Positions 1 through 14,489 of a stretch of DNA of 64,000 nucleotides are shown piece by piece. The notes below the pieces were generated by a model. It searched no databases, had not been told where the DNA came from, and saw nothing but the letters and a program-made list of their open reading frames with translations. This DNA comes from Octopus vulgaris (Eukaryota), in contig OX597820.1 of the NCBI GenBank assembly GCA_951406725.2, positions 4,340,001 through 4,404,000 on the forward strand. The letters run 5' to 3'. A program made the position numbers and the translations under genes. How positions within the stretch are numbered: position 1 is the first letter of the stretch; each line of letters begins with the position of its first letter.

Positions 1-40
1 TTTTATGTGCCACTGACACAGGTGCCAGATGAGGCTGGAT

Positions 41-165
<125 letters not shown>

Positions 166-210
166 ATATATATGTATGTATATATATATGTATGTATATA
201 TATATGTATG

Positions 211-243
<33 letters not shown>

Positions 244-822
244 GATAGCTTCCGTTATCTTGGTGACCAAGTCAGTAGTGGGGGTGGGTGTGCTGAAAGT
301 GTAACGGCTAGAGTAAGAATAGCCTGGGCAAAGTTTAGGGAGCTCTTATCTCTGTTGGTGACTAAAGGCCTCTCGTTCAGAGTAAAAGGCAGACTGTATG
401 ATGCATGTGTACGAACAGCCATGCTACATGGCAGTGAAACATGGGCCGTGCCTGCTGAGGACATGTGTAAGCTCACGAGAAATGAAGCTAGTATGCTCCG
501 TTGGATGTGTAATGTCAGTGTTCATAGTCGACAGAGTGTAAGAACCTTGAGAGAAAAGTTGGACCTAAGAGGCATCAGAGGTTGTGTGCAAGAGAGACGA
601 TTGCGCTGGTATGGTCATGTGGCGAGAATGGATGAAGATAGGTGTGTAAAAAAGTGCCACACCCTGGCAGTTGAGGGGACCTGTGGAAGAGGTAGACCCA
701 GGAAAACCTGGGTGGAGGTGGTGAAGCACGACCTTCGAACTCTAGGTCTCACCAAGGAAATGACCAGAGACCGAGACCTATGGAAGTATGCTGTGCGTCA
801 GAAGACCTGGCAAGACCAGTGA
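244..822 (+). mobile_element. RTE-clade non-LTR retrotransposon, 5'-truncated ORF C-terminus (end of RT and thumb region), array copy 1
   Basis: Uninterrupted frame DSFRYLG...[12 protein letters not shown]...[20 protein letters not shown]...[16 protein letters not shown]...GRGRPRKTW. The [12 protein letters not shown] and GRPRKTW motifs are typical of RTE. The 5' end abuts a (TA)n/(TATG)n tract. Confidence 0.92.
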
Positions 823-1338
823 GAACAATCAAAATCAAATCATATATCAGAAAGCAGGGGTTAAGTGACCCATCCGTTTGTGTCCGCTGTCAGCCTCGTC
901 TGGCACCCATGTCGGTGATACGTAAAAGCACCATTCGCTCGTGGCCGTTTGCCAGCTCTGTCTGGCCCCCGTGTTGGTGGCACGTAAAAGCACCATCCGT
1001 TCGTGTTCGTTGCCAGCCTCGCCTGGTCCCGTGCCGGTGACACGTAAAAGCACCATCCGTTCGTGGCCGTTTGCTTTTACGTGTCACCGGCACGGGGGCC
1101 AGGCCAGGCTGGCAACGAACACGAACGGATGGTGCTTTTACGTGCCACCGACACGGGGGCCAGACAGGGCTGGCAAACGGCTACGAACAGATGGTACTTT
1201 TACGTGTCACCTGCACGGGGGCCCTGATGTTGATCAACCTCAATTTGGTTTGATCTTGATTTTGACTGTTCTCACTGGTCTTGCCGGGTTTTCTCACGCA
1301 CAGCATACCTCCAAAGGTTTCGGTCACTGGTCATTTCC
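756..1338. repeat. Long inverted repeat (fold-back) made of two converging RTE ORF-end/3'UTR segments; present in every unit (also ~3051-3631, 5343-5925, 7641-8223, 9932-10512, 12216-12797)
   Basis: 1031-1052 GTGCCGGTGACACGTAAAAGCA is the exact reverse complement of 1072-1093, with a 19-nt loop. Imperfect pairing extends over ~900-1052 against 1072-1223, and again over 756-843 against 1250-1338. Confidence 0.93.
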
Positions 1339-1870
1339 AGTTGATTAAAATATATTTTAAGCATATAAATCTATTTTTTCTACATATTAAATTATAACCA
1401 TATCTTTTACTTTTTTACCAATTGTAGCAACATAATAAATAACAAGTTTGGAAAAAAAAAACCCACTGAATTAGATGAGAAACAGTGAACAACAGAATAA
1501 CAGCAGAGCCGAAGCTATTTCTAATTTGACCAAAGTTCAAAAGTTACAAAAAAAACTTTAATTTTGTTATGAAATAATGCAATTATTTTTTGCAGTTTAT
1601 TTTATTGTTTTATGGTGAATTTTGCTACAGTGAAATCTCCTGTAAGCTAAAAACAACACAAAAAGGAATACAAATGCAGCTGATCCTAACAAATGATAGA
1701 GACAAGTGGATTCTCTACAGCAAAAAGCAGACAAGCAAGAAAATACATGGAAGCCAGTAGCTTGGTGCCAATGAATCTACCATTCACTCCATTTATAAAG
1801 TGTGTAGAGAAGATCCATTTATCACTGCAATATATATATATATTTCTATATATTTCTATATATGTATGTA

Positions 1871-1965
<95 letters not shown>

Positions 1966-2054
1966 GTATGTGTGTGTGTGTGTGTGTGTGCATATGGGTA
2001 TATATACATATATGTGTATTACATATTCATATTACACAAACACATATGTATGTA

Positions 2055-2460
<406 letters not shown>

Positions 2461-2505
2461 ATATATATGTATGTATATATATATGTATGTATATATATAT
2501 GTATG

Positions 2506-2538
<33 letters not shown>

Positions 2539-3117
2539 GATAGCTTCCGTTATCTTGGTGACCAAGTCAGTAGTGGGGGTGGGTGTGCTGAAAGTGTAAC
2601 GGCTAGAGTAAGAATAGCCTGGGCAAAGTTTAGGGAGCTCTTATCTCTGTTGGTGACTAAAGGCCTCTCGTTCAGAGTAAAAGGCAGACTGTATGATGCA
2701 TGTGTACGAACAGCCATGCTACATGGCAGTGAAACATGGGCCGTGCCTGCTGAGGACATGTGTAAGCTCACGAGAAATGAAGCTAGTATGCTCCGTTGGA
2801 TGTGTAATGTCAGTGTTCATAGTCGACAGAGTGTAAGAACCTTGAGAGAAAAGTTGGACCTAAGAGGCATCAGAGGTTGTGTGCAAGAGAGACGATTGCG
2901 CTGGTATGGTCATGTGGCGAGAATGGATGAAGATAGGTGTGTAAAAAAGTGCCACACCCTGGCAGTTGAGGGGACCTGTGGAAGAGGTAGACCCAGGAAA
3001 ACCTGGGTGGAGGTGGTGAAGCACGACCTTCGAACTCTAGGTCTCACCAAGGAAATGACCAGAGACCGAGACCTATGGAAGTATGCTGTGCGTCAGAAGA
3101 CCTGGCAAGACCAGTGA
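2539..3117 (+). mobile_element. RTE ORF 3' fragment, array copy 2
   Basis: Same translation as copy 1. Confidence 0.92.
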
Positions 3118-4162
3118 GAACAATCAAAATCAAATCATATATCAGAAAGCAGGGGTTAAGTGACCCATCCGTTTGTGTCCGCTGTCAGCCTCGTCTGGCA
3201 CCCATGTCGGTGATACGTAAAAGCACCATTCGCTCGTGGCCGTTTGCCAGCTCTGTCTGGCCCCCGTGTTGGTGGCACGTAAAAGCACCATCCGTTCGTG
3301 TTCGTTGCCAGCCTCGCCTGGTCCCGTGCCGGTGACACGTAAAAGCACCATCCGTTCGTGGCCGTTTGCTTTTACGTGTCACCGGCACGGGGCCAGGCCA
3401 GGCTGGCAACGAACACGAACGGATGGTGCTTTTACGTGCCACCGACACGGGGGCCAGACAGGGCTGGCAAACGGCTACGAACAGATGGTACTTTTACGTG
3501 TCACCTGCACGGGGCCCTGATGTTGATCAACCTCAATTTGGTTTGATCTTGATTTTGACTGTTCTCACTGGTCTTGCCGGGTTTTCTCACGCACAGCATA
3601 CCTCCAAAGGTTTCGGTCACTGGTCATTTCCAGTTGATTAAAATATATTTTAAGCATATAAATCTATTTTTTCTACATATTAAATTATAACCATATCTTT
3701 TACTTTTTACCAATTGTAGCAACATAATAAATAACAAGTTTGGAAAAAAAAAACCCACTGAATTAGATGAGAAACAGTGAACAACAGAATAACAGCAGAG
3801 CCGAAGCTATTTCTAATTTGACCAAAGTTCAAAAGTTACAAAAAAAACTTTAATTTTGTTATGAAATAATGCAATTATTTTTTGCAGTTTATTTTATTGT
3901 TTTATGGTGAATTTTGCTACAGTGAAATCTCCTGTAAGCTAAAAACAACACAAAAAGGAATACAAATGCAGCTGATCCTAACAAATGATAGAGACAAGTG
4001 GATTCTCTACAGCAAAAAGCAGACAAGCAAGAAAATACATGGAAGCCAGTAGCTTGGTGCCAATGAATCTACCATTCACTCCATTTATAAAGTGTGTAGA
4101 GAAGATCCATTTATCACTGCAATATATATATATATTTCTATATATTTCTATATATGTATGTA

Positions 4163-4205
<43 letters not shown>

Positions 4206-4208
4206 GTA

Positions 4209-4257
<49 letters not shown>

Positions 4258-4346
4258 GTATGTGTGTGTGTGTGTGTGTGTGCATATGGGTATATATACA
4301 TATATGTGTATTACATATTCATATTACACAAACACATATGTATGTA

Positions 4347-4379
<33 letters not shown>

Positions 4380-4633
4380 TTAACGTCCGCTTTCCATGCT
4401 AGCATGGGTTGGACGGTTCAACTGGGGTCTGGGAAGCCCGAAGGCTGCACAAGGCCAGTCAGATCTGGCAGTGTTTCTACAGCTGGATGCCCTTCCTAAC
4501 GCCAACCACTCTGAGAGTGTAGTGGGTGATTTTTATGTGCCACTGACACAGGTGCCAGACGAGGCTGGCAGACGGCCACGCTCAGATGGTGTTTTTTATG
4601 TGCCACTGACACAGGTGCCAGATGAGGCTGGAT

Positions 4634-4752
<119 letters not shown>

Positions 4753-4797
4753 ATATATATGTATGTATATATATATGTATGTATATATATATGTATG

Positions 4798-4830
<33 letters not shown>

Positions 4831-5409
4831 GATAGCTTCCGTTATCTTGGTGACCAAGTCAGTAGTGGGGGTGGGTGTGCTGAAAGTGTAACGGCTAGAG
4901 TAAGAATAGCCTGGGCAAAGTTTAGGGAGCTCTTATCTCTGTTGGTGACTAAAGGCCTCTCGTTCAGAGTAAAAGGCAGACTGTATGATGCATGTGTACG
5001 AACAGCCATGCTACATGGCAGTGAAACATGGGCCGTGCCTGCTGAGGACATGTGTAAGCTCACGAGAAATGAAGCTAGTATGCTCCGTTGGATGTGTAAT
5101 GTCAGTGTTCATAGTCGACAGAGTGTAAGAACCTTGAGAGAAAAGTTGGACCTAAGAGGCATCAGAGGTTGTGTGCAAGAGAGACGATTGCGCTGGTATG
5201 GTCATGTGGCGAGAATGGATGAAGATAGGTGTGTAAAAAAGTGCCACACCCTGGCAGTTGAGGGGACCTGTGGAAGAGGTAGACCCAGGAAAACCTGGGT
5301 GGAGGTGGTGAAGCACGACCTTCGAACTCTAGGTCTCACCAAGGAAATGACCAGAGACCGAGACCTATGGAAGTATGCTGTGCGTCAGAAGACCTGGCAA
5401 GACCAGTGA
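4831..5409 (+). mobile_element. RTE ORF 3' fragment, array copy 3
   Basis: Same translation as copy 1. Confidence 0.92.
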
Positions 5410-6456
5410 GAACAATCAAAATCAAATCATATATCAGAAAGCAGGGGTTAAGTGACCCATCCGTTTGTGTCCGCTGTCAGCCTCGTCTGGCACCCATGTC
5501 GGTGATACGTAAAAGCACCATTCGCTCGTGGCCGTTTGCCAGCTCTGTCTGGCCCCCGTGTTGGTGGCACGTAAAAGCACCATCCGTTCGTGTTCGTTGC
5601 CAGCCTCGCCTGGTCCCGTGCCGGTGACACGTAAAAGCACCATCCGTTCGTGGCCGTTTGCTTTTACGTGTCACCGGCACGGGGGCCAGGCCAGGCTGGC
5701 AACGAACACGAACGGATGGTGCTTTTACGTGCCACCGACACGGGGGCCAGACAGGGCTGGCAAACGGCTACGAACAGATGGTACTTTTACGTGTCACCTG
5801 CACGGGGGCCCTGATGTTGATCAACCTCAATTTGGTTTGATCTTGATTTTGACTGTTCTCACTGGTCTTGCCGGGTTTTCTCACGCACAGCATACCTCCA
5901 AAGGTTTCGGTCACTGGTCATTTCCAGTTGATTAAAATATATTTTAAGCATATAAATCTATTTTTTCTACATATTAAATTATAACCATATCTTTTACTTT
6001 TTTACCAATTGTAGCAACATAATAAATAACAAGTTTGGAAAAAAAAACCCACTGAATTAGATGAGAAACAGTGAACAACAGAATAACAGCAGAGCCGAAG
6101 CTATTTCTAATTTGACCAAAGTTCAAAAGTTACAAAAAAAACTTTAATTTTGTTATGAAATAATGCAATTATTTTTTGCAGTTTATTTTATTGTTTTATG
6201 GTGAATTTTGCTACAGTGAAATCTCCTGTAAGCTAAAAACAACACAAAAAGGAATACAAATGCAGCTGATCCTAACAAATGATAGAGACAAGTGGATTCT
6301 CTACAGCAAAAAGCAGACAAGCAAGAAAATACATGGAAGCCAGTAGCTTGGTGCCAATGAATCTACCATTCACTCCATTTATAAAGTGTGTAGAGAAGAT
6401 CCATTTATCACTGCAATATATATATATATTTCTATATATTTCTATATATGTATGTA

Positions 6457-6501
<45 letters not shown>

Positions 6502-6504
6502 GTA

Positions 6505-6553
<49 letters not shown>

Positions 6554-6642
6554 GTATGTGTGTGTGTGTGTGTGTGTGCATATGGGTATATATACATATA
6601 TGTGTATTACATATTCATATTACACAAACACATATGTATGTA

Positions 6643-6675
<33 letters not shown>

Positions 6676-6932
6676 TTAACGTCCGCTTTCCATGCTAGCA
6701 TGGGTTGGACGGTTCAACTGGGGTCTGGGAAGCCCGAAGGCTGCACAAGGCCAGTCAGATCTGGCAGTGTTTCTACAGCTGGATGCCCTTCCTAACGCCA
6801 ACCACTCTGAGAGTGTAGTGGGTGATTTTTATGTGCCACTGACACAGGTGCCAGACGAGGCTGGCAGACGGCCACGCTCAGATGGTGTTTTTTATGTGCC
6901 ACTGACACAGGTGCCAGATGAGGCTGGATGGA

Positions 6933-7050
<118 letters not shown>

Positions 7051-7095
7051 ATATATATGTATGTATATATATATGTATGTATATATATATGTATG

Positions 7096-7128
<33 letters not shown>

Positions 7129-7707
7129 GATAGCTTCCGTTATCTTGGTGACCAAGTCAGTAGTGGGGGTGGGTGTGCTGAAAGTGTAACGGCTAGAGTA
7201 AGAATAGCCTGGGCAAAGTTTAGGGAGCTCTTATCTCTGTTGGTGACTAAAGGCCTCTCGTTCAGAGTAAAAGGCAGACTGTATGATGCATGTGTACGAA
7301 CAGCCATGCTACATGGCAGTGAAACATGGGCCGTGCCTGCTGAGGACATGTGTAAGCTCACGAGAAATGAAGCTAGTATGCTCCGTTGGATGTGTAATGT
7401 CAGTGTTCATAGTCGACAGAGTGTAAGAACCTTGAGAGAAAAGTTGGACCTAAGAGGCATCAGAGGTTGTGTGCAAGAGAGACGATTGCGCTGGTATGGT
7501 CATGTGGCGAGAATGGATGAAGATAGGTGTGTAAAAAAGTGCCACACCCTGGCAGTTGAGGGGACCTGTGGAAGAGGTAGACCCAGGAAAACCTGGGTGG
7601 AGGTGGTGAAGCACGACCTTCGAACTCTAGGTCTCACCAAGGAAATGACCAGAGACCGAGACCTATGGAAGTATGCTGTGCGTCAGAAGACCTGGCAAGA
7701 CCAGTGA
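7129..7707 (+). mobile_element. RTE ORF 3' fragment, array copy 4
   Basis: Same translation as copy 1. Confidence 0.92.
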
Positions 7708-8754
7708 GAACAATCAAAATCAAATCATATATCAGAAAGCAGGGGTTAAGTGACCCATCCGTTTGTGTCCGCTGTCAGCCTCGTCTGGCACCCATGTCGG
7801 TGATACGTAAAAGCACCATTCGCTCGTGGCCGTTTGCCAGCTCTGTCTGGCCCCCGTGTTGGTGGCACGTAAAAGCACCATCCGTTCGTGTTCGTTGCCA
7901 GCCTCGCCTGGTCCCGTGCCGGTGACACGTAAAAGCACCATCCGTTCGTGGCCGTTTGCTTTTACGTGTCACCGGCACGGGGGCCAGGCCAGGCTGGCAA
8001 CGAACACGAACGGATGGTGCTTTTACGTGCCACCGACACGGGGGCCAGACAGGGCTGGCAAACGGCTACGAACAGATGGTACTTTTACGTGTCACCTGCA
8101 CGGGGGCCCTGATGTTGATCAACCTCAATTTGGTTTGATCTTGATTTTGACTGTTCTCACTGGTCTTGCCGGGTTTTCTCACGCACAGCATACCTCCAAA
8201 GGTTTCGGTCACTGGTCATTTCCAGTTGATTAAAATATATTTTAAGCATATAAATCTATTTTTTCTACATATTAAATTATAACCATATCTTTTACTTTTT
8301 TACCAATTGTAGCAACATAATAAATAACAAGTTTGGAAAAAAAAACCCACTGAATTAGATGAGAAACAGTGAACAACAGAATAACAGCAGAGCCGAAGCT
8401 ATTTCTAATTTGACCAAAGTTCAAAAGTTACAAAAAAAACTTTAATTTTGTTATGAAATAATGCAATTATTTTTTGCAGTTTATTTTATTGTTTTATGGT
8501 GAATTTTGCTACAGTGAAATCTCCTGTAAGCTAAAAACAACACAAAAAGGAATACAAATGCAGCTGATCCTAACAAATGATAGAGACAAGTGGATTCTCT
8601 ACAGCAAAAAGCAGACAAGCAAGAAAATACATGGAAGCCAGTAGCTTGGTGCCAATGAATCTACCATTCACTCCATTTATAAAGTGTGTAGAGAAGATCC
8701 ATTTATCACTGCAATATATATATATATTTCTATATATTTCTATATATGTATGTA

Positions 8755-8797
<43 letters not shown>

Positions 8798-8800
8798 GTA

Positions 8801-8849
<49 letters not shown>

Positions 8850-8938
8850 GTATGTGTGTGTGTGTGTGTGTGTGCATATGGGTATATATACATATATGTG
8901 TATTACATATTCATATTACACAAACACATATGTATGTA

Positions 8939-8971
<33 letters not shown>

Positions 8972-9225
8972 TTAACGTCCGCTTTCCATGCTAGCATGGG
9001 TTGGACGGTTCAACTGGGGTCTGGGAAGCCCGAAGGCTGCACAAGGCCAGTCAGATCTGGCAGTGTTTCTACAGCTGGATGCCCTTCCTAACGCCAACCA
9101 CTCTGAGAGTGTAGTGGGTGATTTTTATGTGCCACTGACACAGGTGCCAGACGAGGCTGGCAGACGGCCACGCTCAGATGGTGTTTTTTATGTGCCACTG
9201 ACACAGGTGCCAGATGAGGCTGGAT

Positions 9226-9338
<113 letters not shown>

Positions 9339-9386
9339 TATATATATATGTATGTATATATATATGTATGTATATATATATGTATG

Positions 9387-9419
<33 letters not shown>

Positions 9420-9998
9420 GATAGCTTCCGTTATCTTGGTGACCAAGTCAGTAGTGGGGGTGGGTGTGCTGAAAGTGTAACGGCTAGAGTAAGAATAGCC
9501 TGGGCAAAGTTTAGGGAGCTCTTATCTCTGTTGGTGACTAAAGGCCTCTCGTTCAGAGTAAAAGGCAGACTGTATGATGCATGTGTACGAACAGCCATGC
9601 TACATGGCAGTGAAACATGGGCCGTGCCTGCTGAGGACATGTGTAAGCTCACGAGAAATGAAGCTAGTATGCTCCGTTGGATGTGTAATGTCAGTGTTCA
9701 TAGTCGACAGAGTGTAAGAACCTTGAGAGAAAAGTTGGACCTAAGAGGCATCAGAGGTTGTGTGCAAGAGAGACGATTGCGCTGGTATGGTCATGTGGCG
9801 AGAATGGATGAAGATAGGTGTGTAAAAAAGTGCCACACCCTGGCAGTTGAGGGGACCTGTGGAAGAGGTAGACCCAGGAAAACCTGGGTGGAGGTGGTGA
9901 AGCATGACCTTCGAACTCTAGGTCTCACCAAGGAAATGACCAGAGACCGAGACCTATGGAAGTATGCTGTGCGTCAGAAGACCTGGCAAGACCAGTGA
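9420..9998 (+). mobile_element. RTE ORF 3' fragment, array copy 5
   Basis: Same translation; one synonymous C>T near 9905 (CAC to CAT). Confidence 0.92.
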
Positions 9999-11044
9999 GA
10001 ACAATCAAAATCAAATCATATATCAGAAAGCAGGGGTTAAGTGACCCATCCGTTTGTGTCCGCTGTCAGCCTCGTCTGGCACCCATGTCGGTGATACGTA
10101 AAAGCACCATTCGCTCGTGGCCGTTTGCCAGCTCTGTCTGGCCCCCGTGTTGGTGGCACGTAAAAGCACCATCCGTTCGTGTTCGTTGCCAGCCTCGCCT
10201 GGTCCCGTGCCGGTGACACGTAAAAGCACCATCCGTTCGTGGCCGTTTGCTTTTACGTGTCACCGGCACGGGGCCAGGCCAGGCTGGCAACGAACACGAA
10301 CGGATGGTGCTTTACGTGCCACCGACACGGGGGCCAGACAGGGCTGGCAAACGGCTACGAACAGATGGTACTTTTACGTGTCACCTGCACGGGGGCCCTG
10401 ATGTTGATCAACCTCAATTTGGTTTGATCTTGATTTTGACTGTTCTCACTGGTCTTGCCGGGTTTTCTCACGCACAGCATACCTCCAAAGGTTTCGGTCA
10501 CTGGTCATTTCCAGTTGATTAAAATATATTTTAAGCATATAAATCTATTTTTTCTACATATTAAATTATAACCATATCTTTTACTTTTTTACCAATTGTA
10601 GCAACATAATAAATAACAAGTTTGGAAAAAAAAAACCCACTGAATTAGATGAGAAACAGTGAACAACAGAATAACAGCAGAGCCGAAGCTATTTCTAATT
10701 TGACCAAAGTTCAAAAGTTACAAAAAAAACTTTAATTTTGTTATGAAATAATGCAATTATTTTTTGCAGTTTATTTTATTGTTTTATGGTGAATTTTGCT
10801 ACAGTGAAATCTCCTGTAAGCTAAAAACAACACAAAAAGGAATACAAATGCAGCTGATCCTAACAAATGATAGAGACAAGTGGATTCTCTACAGCAAAAA
10901 GCAGACAAGCAAGAAAATACATGGAAGCCAGTAGCTTGGTGCCAATGAATCTACCATTCACTCCATTTATAAAGTGTGTAGAGAAGATCCATTTATCACT
11001 GCAATATATATATATATTTCTATATATTTCTATATATGTATGTA

Positions 11045-11087
<43 letters not shown>

Positions 11088-11090
11088 GTA

Positions 11091-11135
<45 letters not shown>

Positions 11136-11222
11136 GTATGTGTGTGTGTGTGTGTGTGCATATGGGTATATATACATATATGTGTATTACATATTCATAT
11201 TACACAAACACATATGTATGTA

Positions 11223-11255
<33 letters not shown>

Positions 11256-11511
11256 TTAACGTCCGCTTTCCATGCTAGCATGGGTTGGACGGTTCAACTG
11301 GGGTCTGGGAAGCCCGAAGGCTGCACAAGGCCAGTCAGATCTGGCAGTGTTTCTACAGCTGGATGCCCTTCCTAACGCCAACCACTCTGAGAGTGTAGTG
11401 GGTGATTTTTATGTGCCACTGACACAGGTGCCAGACGAGGCTGGCAGACGGCCACGCTCAGATGGTGTTTTTTATGTGCCACTGACACAGGTGCCAGATG
11501 AGGCTGGATGA

Positions 11512-11631
<120 letters not shown>

Positions 11632-11664
11632 GTATGTATATATATATGTATGTATATATATATG

Positions 11665-11703
<39 letters not shown>

Positions 11704-11706
<3 letters not shown>

Positions 11707-12282
11707 AGCTTCCGTTATCTTGGTGACCAAGTCAGTAGTGGGGGTGGGTGTGCTGAAAGTGTAACGGCTAGAGTAAGAATAGCCTGGGCAAAGTTTAGGG
11801 AGCTCTTATCTCTGTTGGTGACTAAAGGCCTCTCGTTCAGAGTAAAAGGCAGACTGTATGATGCATGTGTACGAACAGCCATGCTACATGGCAGTGAAAC
11901 ATGGGCCGTGCCTGCTGAGGACATGTGTAAGCTCACGAGAAATGAAGCTAGTATGCTCCGTTGGATGTGTAATGTCAGTGTTCATAGTCGACAGAGTGTA
12001 AGAACCTTGAGAGAAAAGTTGGACCTAAGAGGCATCAGAGGTTGTGTGCAAGAGAGACGATTGCGCTGGTATGGTCATGTGGCGAGAATGGATGAAGATA
12101 GGTGTGTAAAAAAGTGCCACACCCTGGCAGTTGAGGGGACCTGTGGAAGAGGTAGACCCAGGAAAACCTGGGTGGAGGTGGTGAAGCACGACCTTCGAAC
12201 TCTAGGTCTCACCAAGGAAATGACCAGAGACCGAGACCTATGGAAGTATGCTGTGCGTCAGAAGACCTGGCAAGACCAGTGA
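11704..12282 (+). mobile_element. RTE ORF 3' fragment, array copy 6
   Basis: Same translation as copy 1. Confidence 0.92.
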
Positions 12283-13084
12283 GAACAATCAAAATCAAAT
12301 CATATATCAGAAAGCAGGGGTTAAGTGACCCATCCGTTTGTGTCCGCTGTCAGCCTCGTCTGGCACCCATGTCGGTGATACGTAAAAGCACCATTCGCTC
12401 GTGGCCGTTTGCCAGCTCTGTCTGGCCCCCGTGTTGGTGGCACGTAAAAGCACCATCCGTTCGTGTTCGTTGCCAGCCTCGCCTGGTCCCGTGCCGGTGA
12501 CACGTAAAAGCACCATCCGTTCGTGGCCGTTTGCTTTTACGTGTCACCGGCACGGGGCCAGGCCAGGCTGGCAACGAACACGAACGGATGGTGCTTTTAC
12601 GTGCCACCGACACGGGGGCCAGACAGGGCTGGCAAACGGCTACGAACAGATGGTACTTTTACGTGTCACCTGCACGGGGGCCCTGATGTTGATCAACCTC
12701 AATTTGGTTTGATCTTGATTTTGACTGTTCTCACTGGTCTTGCCGGGTTTTCTCACGCACAGCATACCTCCAAAGGTTTCGGTCACTGGTCATTTCCAGT
12801 TGATTAAAATATATTTTAAGCATATAAATCTATTTTTTCTACATATTAAATTATAACCATATCTTTTACTTTTTTACCAATTGTAGCAACATAATAAATA
12901 ACAAGTTTGGAAAAAAAAAACCCACTGAATTAGATGAGAAACAGTGAACAACAGAATAACAGCAGAGCCGAAGCTATTTCTAATTTGACCAAAGTTCAAA
13001 AGTTACAAAAAAAACTTTAATTTTGTTATGAAATAATGCAATTATTTTTTGCAGTTTATTTTATTGTTTTATGGTGAATTTTGC

Positions 13085-13320
13085 TACAGTGAAATCTCCT
13101 GTAAGCTAAAAACAACACAAAAAGGAATACAAATGCAGCTGATCCTAACAAATGATAGAGACAAGTGGATTCTCTACAGCAAAAAGCAGACAAGCAAGAA
13201 AATACATGGAAGCCAGTAGCTTGGTGCCAATGAATCTACCATTCACTCCATTTATAAAGTGTGTAGAGAAGATCCATTTATCACTGCAATGTTTGGAACC
13301 AAACCCCAATGATAAATGAG
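13085..13320 (+). mobile_element. Possible decayed pogo/Tigger-like transposon 5' end (N-terminal HTH); truncated copies end each array unit
   Basis: The start TA-CAGTGAAATCTC resembles pogo-type TIRs. The frameshifted peptide ...LGANESTIHSIYK/VEKIHLSL resembles the CENP-B/Tigger HTH pattern G.NESTI..I.K..EKI. Confidence 0.35.
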
Positions 13321-13779
13321 GGTAGATGTATCCTTAAATAGTTAACATTTGTAATGAGAGATTAACATCAATGTTTGATTAACTTTGGTGATTTTATAAG
13401 AATGAAGTAACAGCGTTGTGACATTCATGCTGTACTGAATGGTAGAGACAATGTCAGATAACTAGAAACAGATTGAGCTTGTCAAAAGCTCACCTTCTAC
13501 CCCTATGGATCTTGCTAATAGAGAAGTGAAAATGTATGTCACAAGGAGGACGTTTAACAAACTCTGTGATATTCCAATTGGGAATTGACAGCAGTTTGCA
13601 AGATTGGTTTTTGCCTTTTTGGGTTTGTTTGTTTTTTTAGCTAGAACTAACCACCATTAGTCAACAGAAACAACTGTTAATTGCTGCAGCCCTTTTCTCT
13701 CACACTTTACTCCCTCTCTACTCCAGATTCTCCCAGCATGAAGCTGCACACCCCACCCCCACACATTCAGGGATTGTAG

Positions 13780-14013
13780 TCTTGCAAGCAAGATGCATGG
13801 TGGCACACACACACACACACACAAAAGGAAGGAAAAAAAACTAGCACCCAGTACACTGTGATGTGATTGTGTGATTGGCATTAGGAAGTGTGTCCTGCAG
13901 TGCAAACCATGGCAAAGCTGAGACTGGAGCACAACGCAGTCCTTGAATCCATGGATCCTTTCACACCATCCAACTAAAGCCAGCATGGAAAATGGGTGGT
14001 AAATTATGATGAG
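13780..14013 (+). mobile_element. Degenerate RTE-type 3' end
   Basis: GCACCCAGTACACT...TTGGCATTAGGAAG...CCATCCAACTAAAGCCAGCATGGAAAATGG followed by a short ATGATG tail. Confidence 0.6.
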
Positions 14014-14024
14014 GATAAAATATT

Positions 14025-14480
14025 GGTTTGAAATTTTGGCACAAGGTCAGTAGTTCCATGGAAGGGATAAGCCATTTACATTGACCCCAGTGATCAATTG
14101 GTACTCATTTTATTGACCCTAAAAGGTCAACCTCAGGCAAAGTTGACATCAGTGGAATTTGAATTCAGAATATATTGTTGGACAAAATGCTTAGCAGCAT
14201 TTTGTCCAGCATTTTAATAGTTTTATCAACTCGCAAACCTTAATAATAATAATAATAATAATGATCCTTTCTACTATAGGCACAAGGCCTGAAATTTTGG
14301 GGGAGGAGGCAAGTCAATCATATCGACCCAAATACTTGACTGGTACTTGATTTATCAACCCTGAAAGGATGAAAAGCAAAGTCAACCTCGGCAGAATTTG
14401 AACTCAGAACATAGCAGCAGATGAAATACCACTAAGTGTTTCGCCTGGTGTGCTAATGAGTCTGCCAGCTCGCCACCTTC
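14025..14480 (-). mobile_element. Two adjacent copies of tRNA-derived SINE family B
   Basis: Reverse complement of the family seen at 58598 and 63430 (GGCGAGCTGGCAGA...GAGTTCAAATTC...GTCGACTTTGCCTTTCATCCTTTCGGGGTCGATAAA...AAGTACCAG). The central domain resembles the Meta-SINE/Sauria-type domain. A (TAA)n tail lies at 14241-14262. Confidence 0.75.
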
Positions 14481-14489
14481 ATCGAAATT

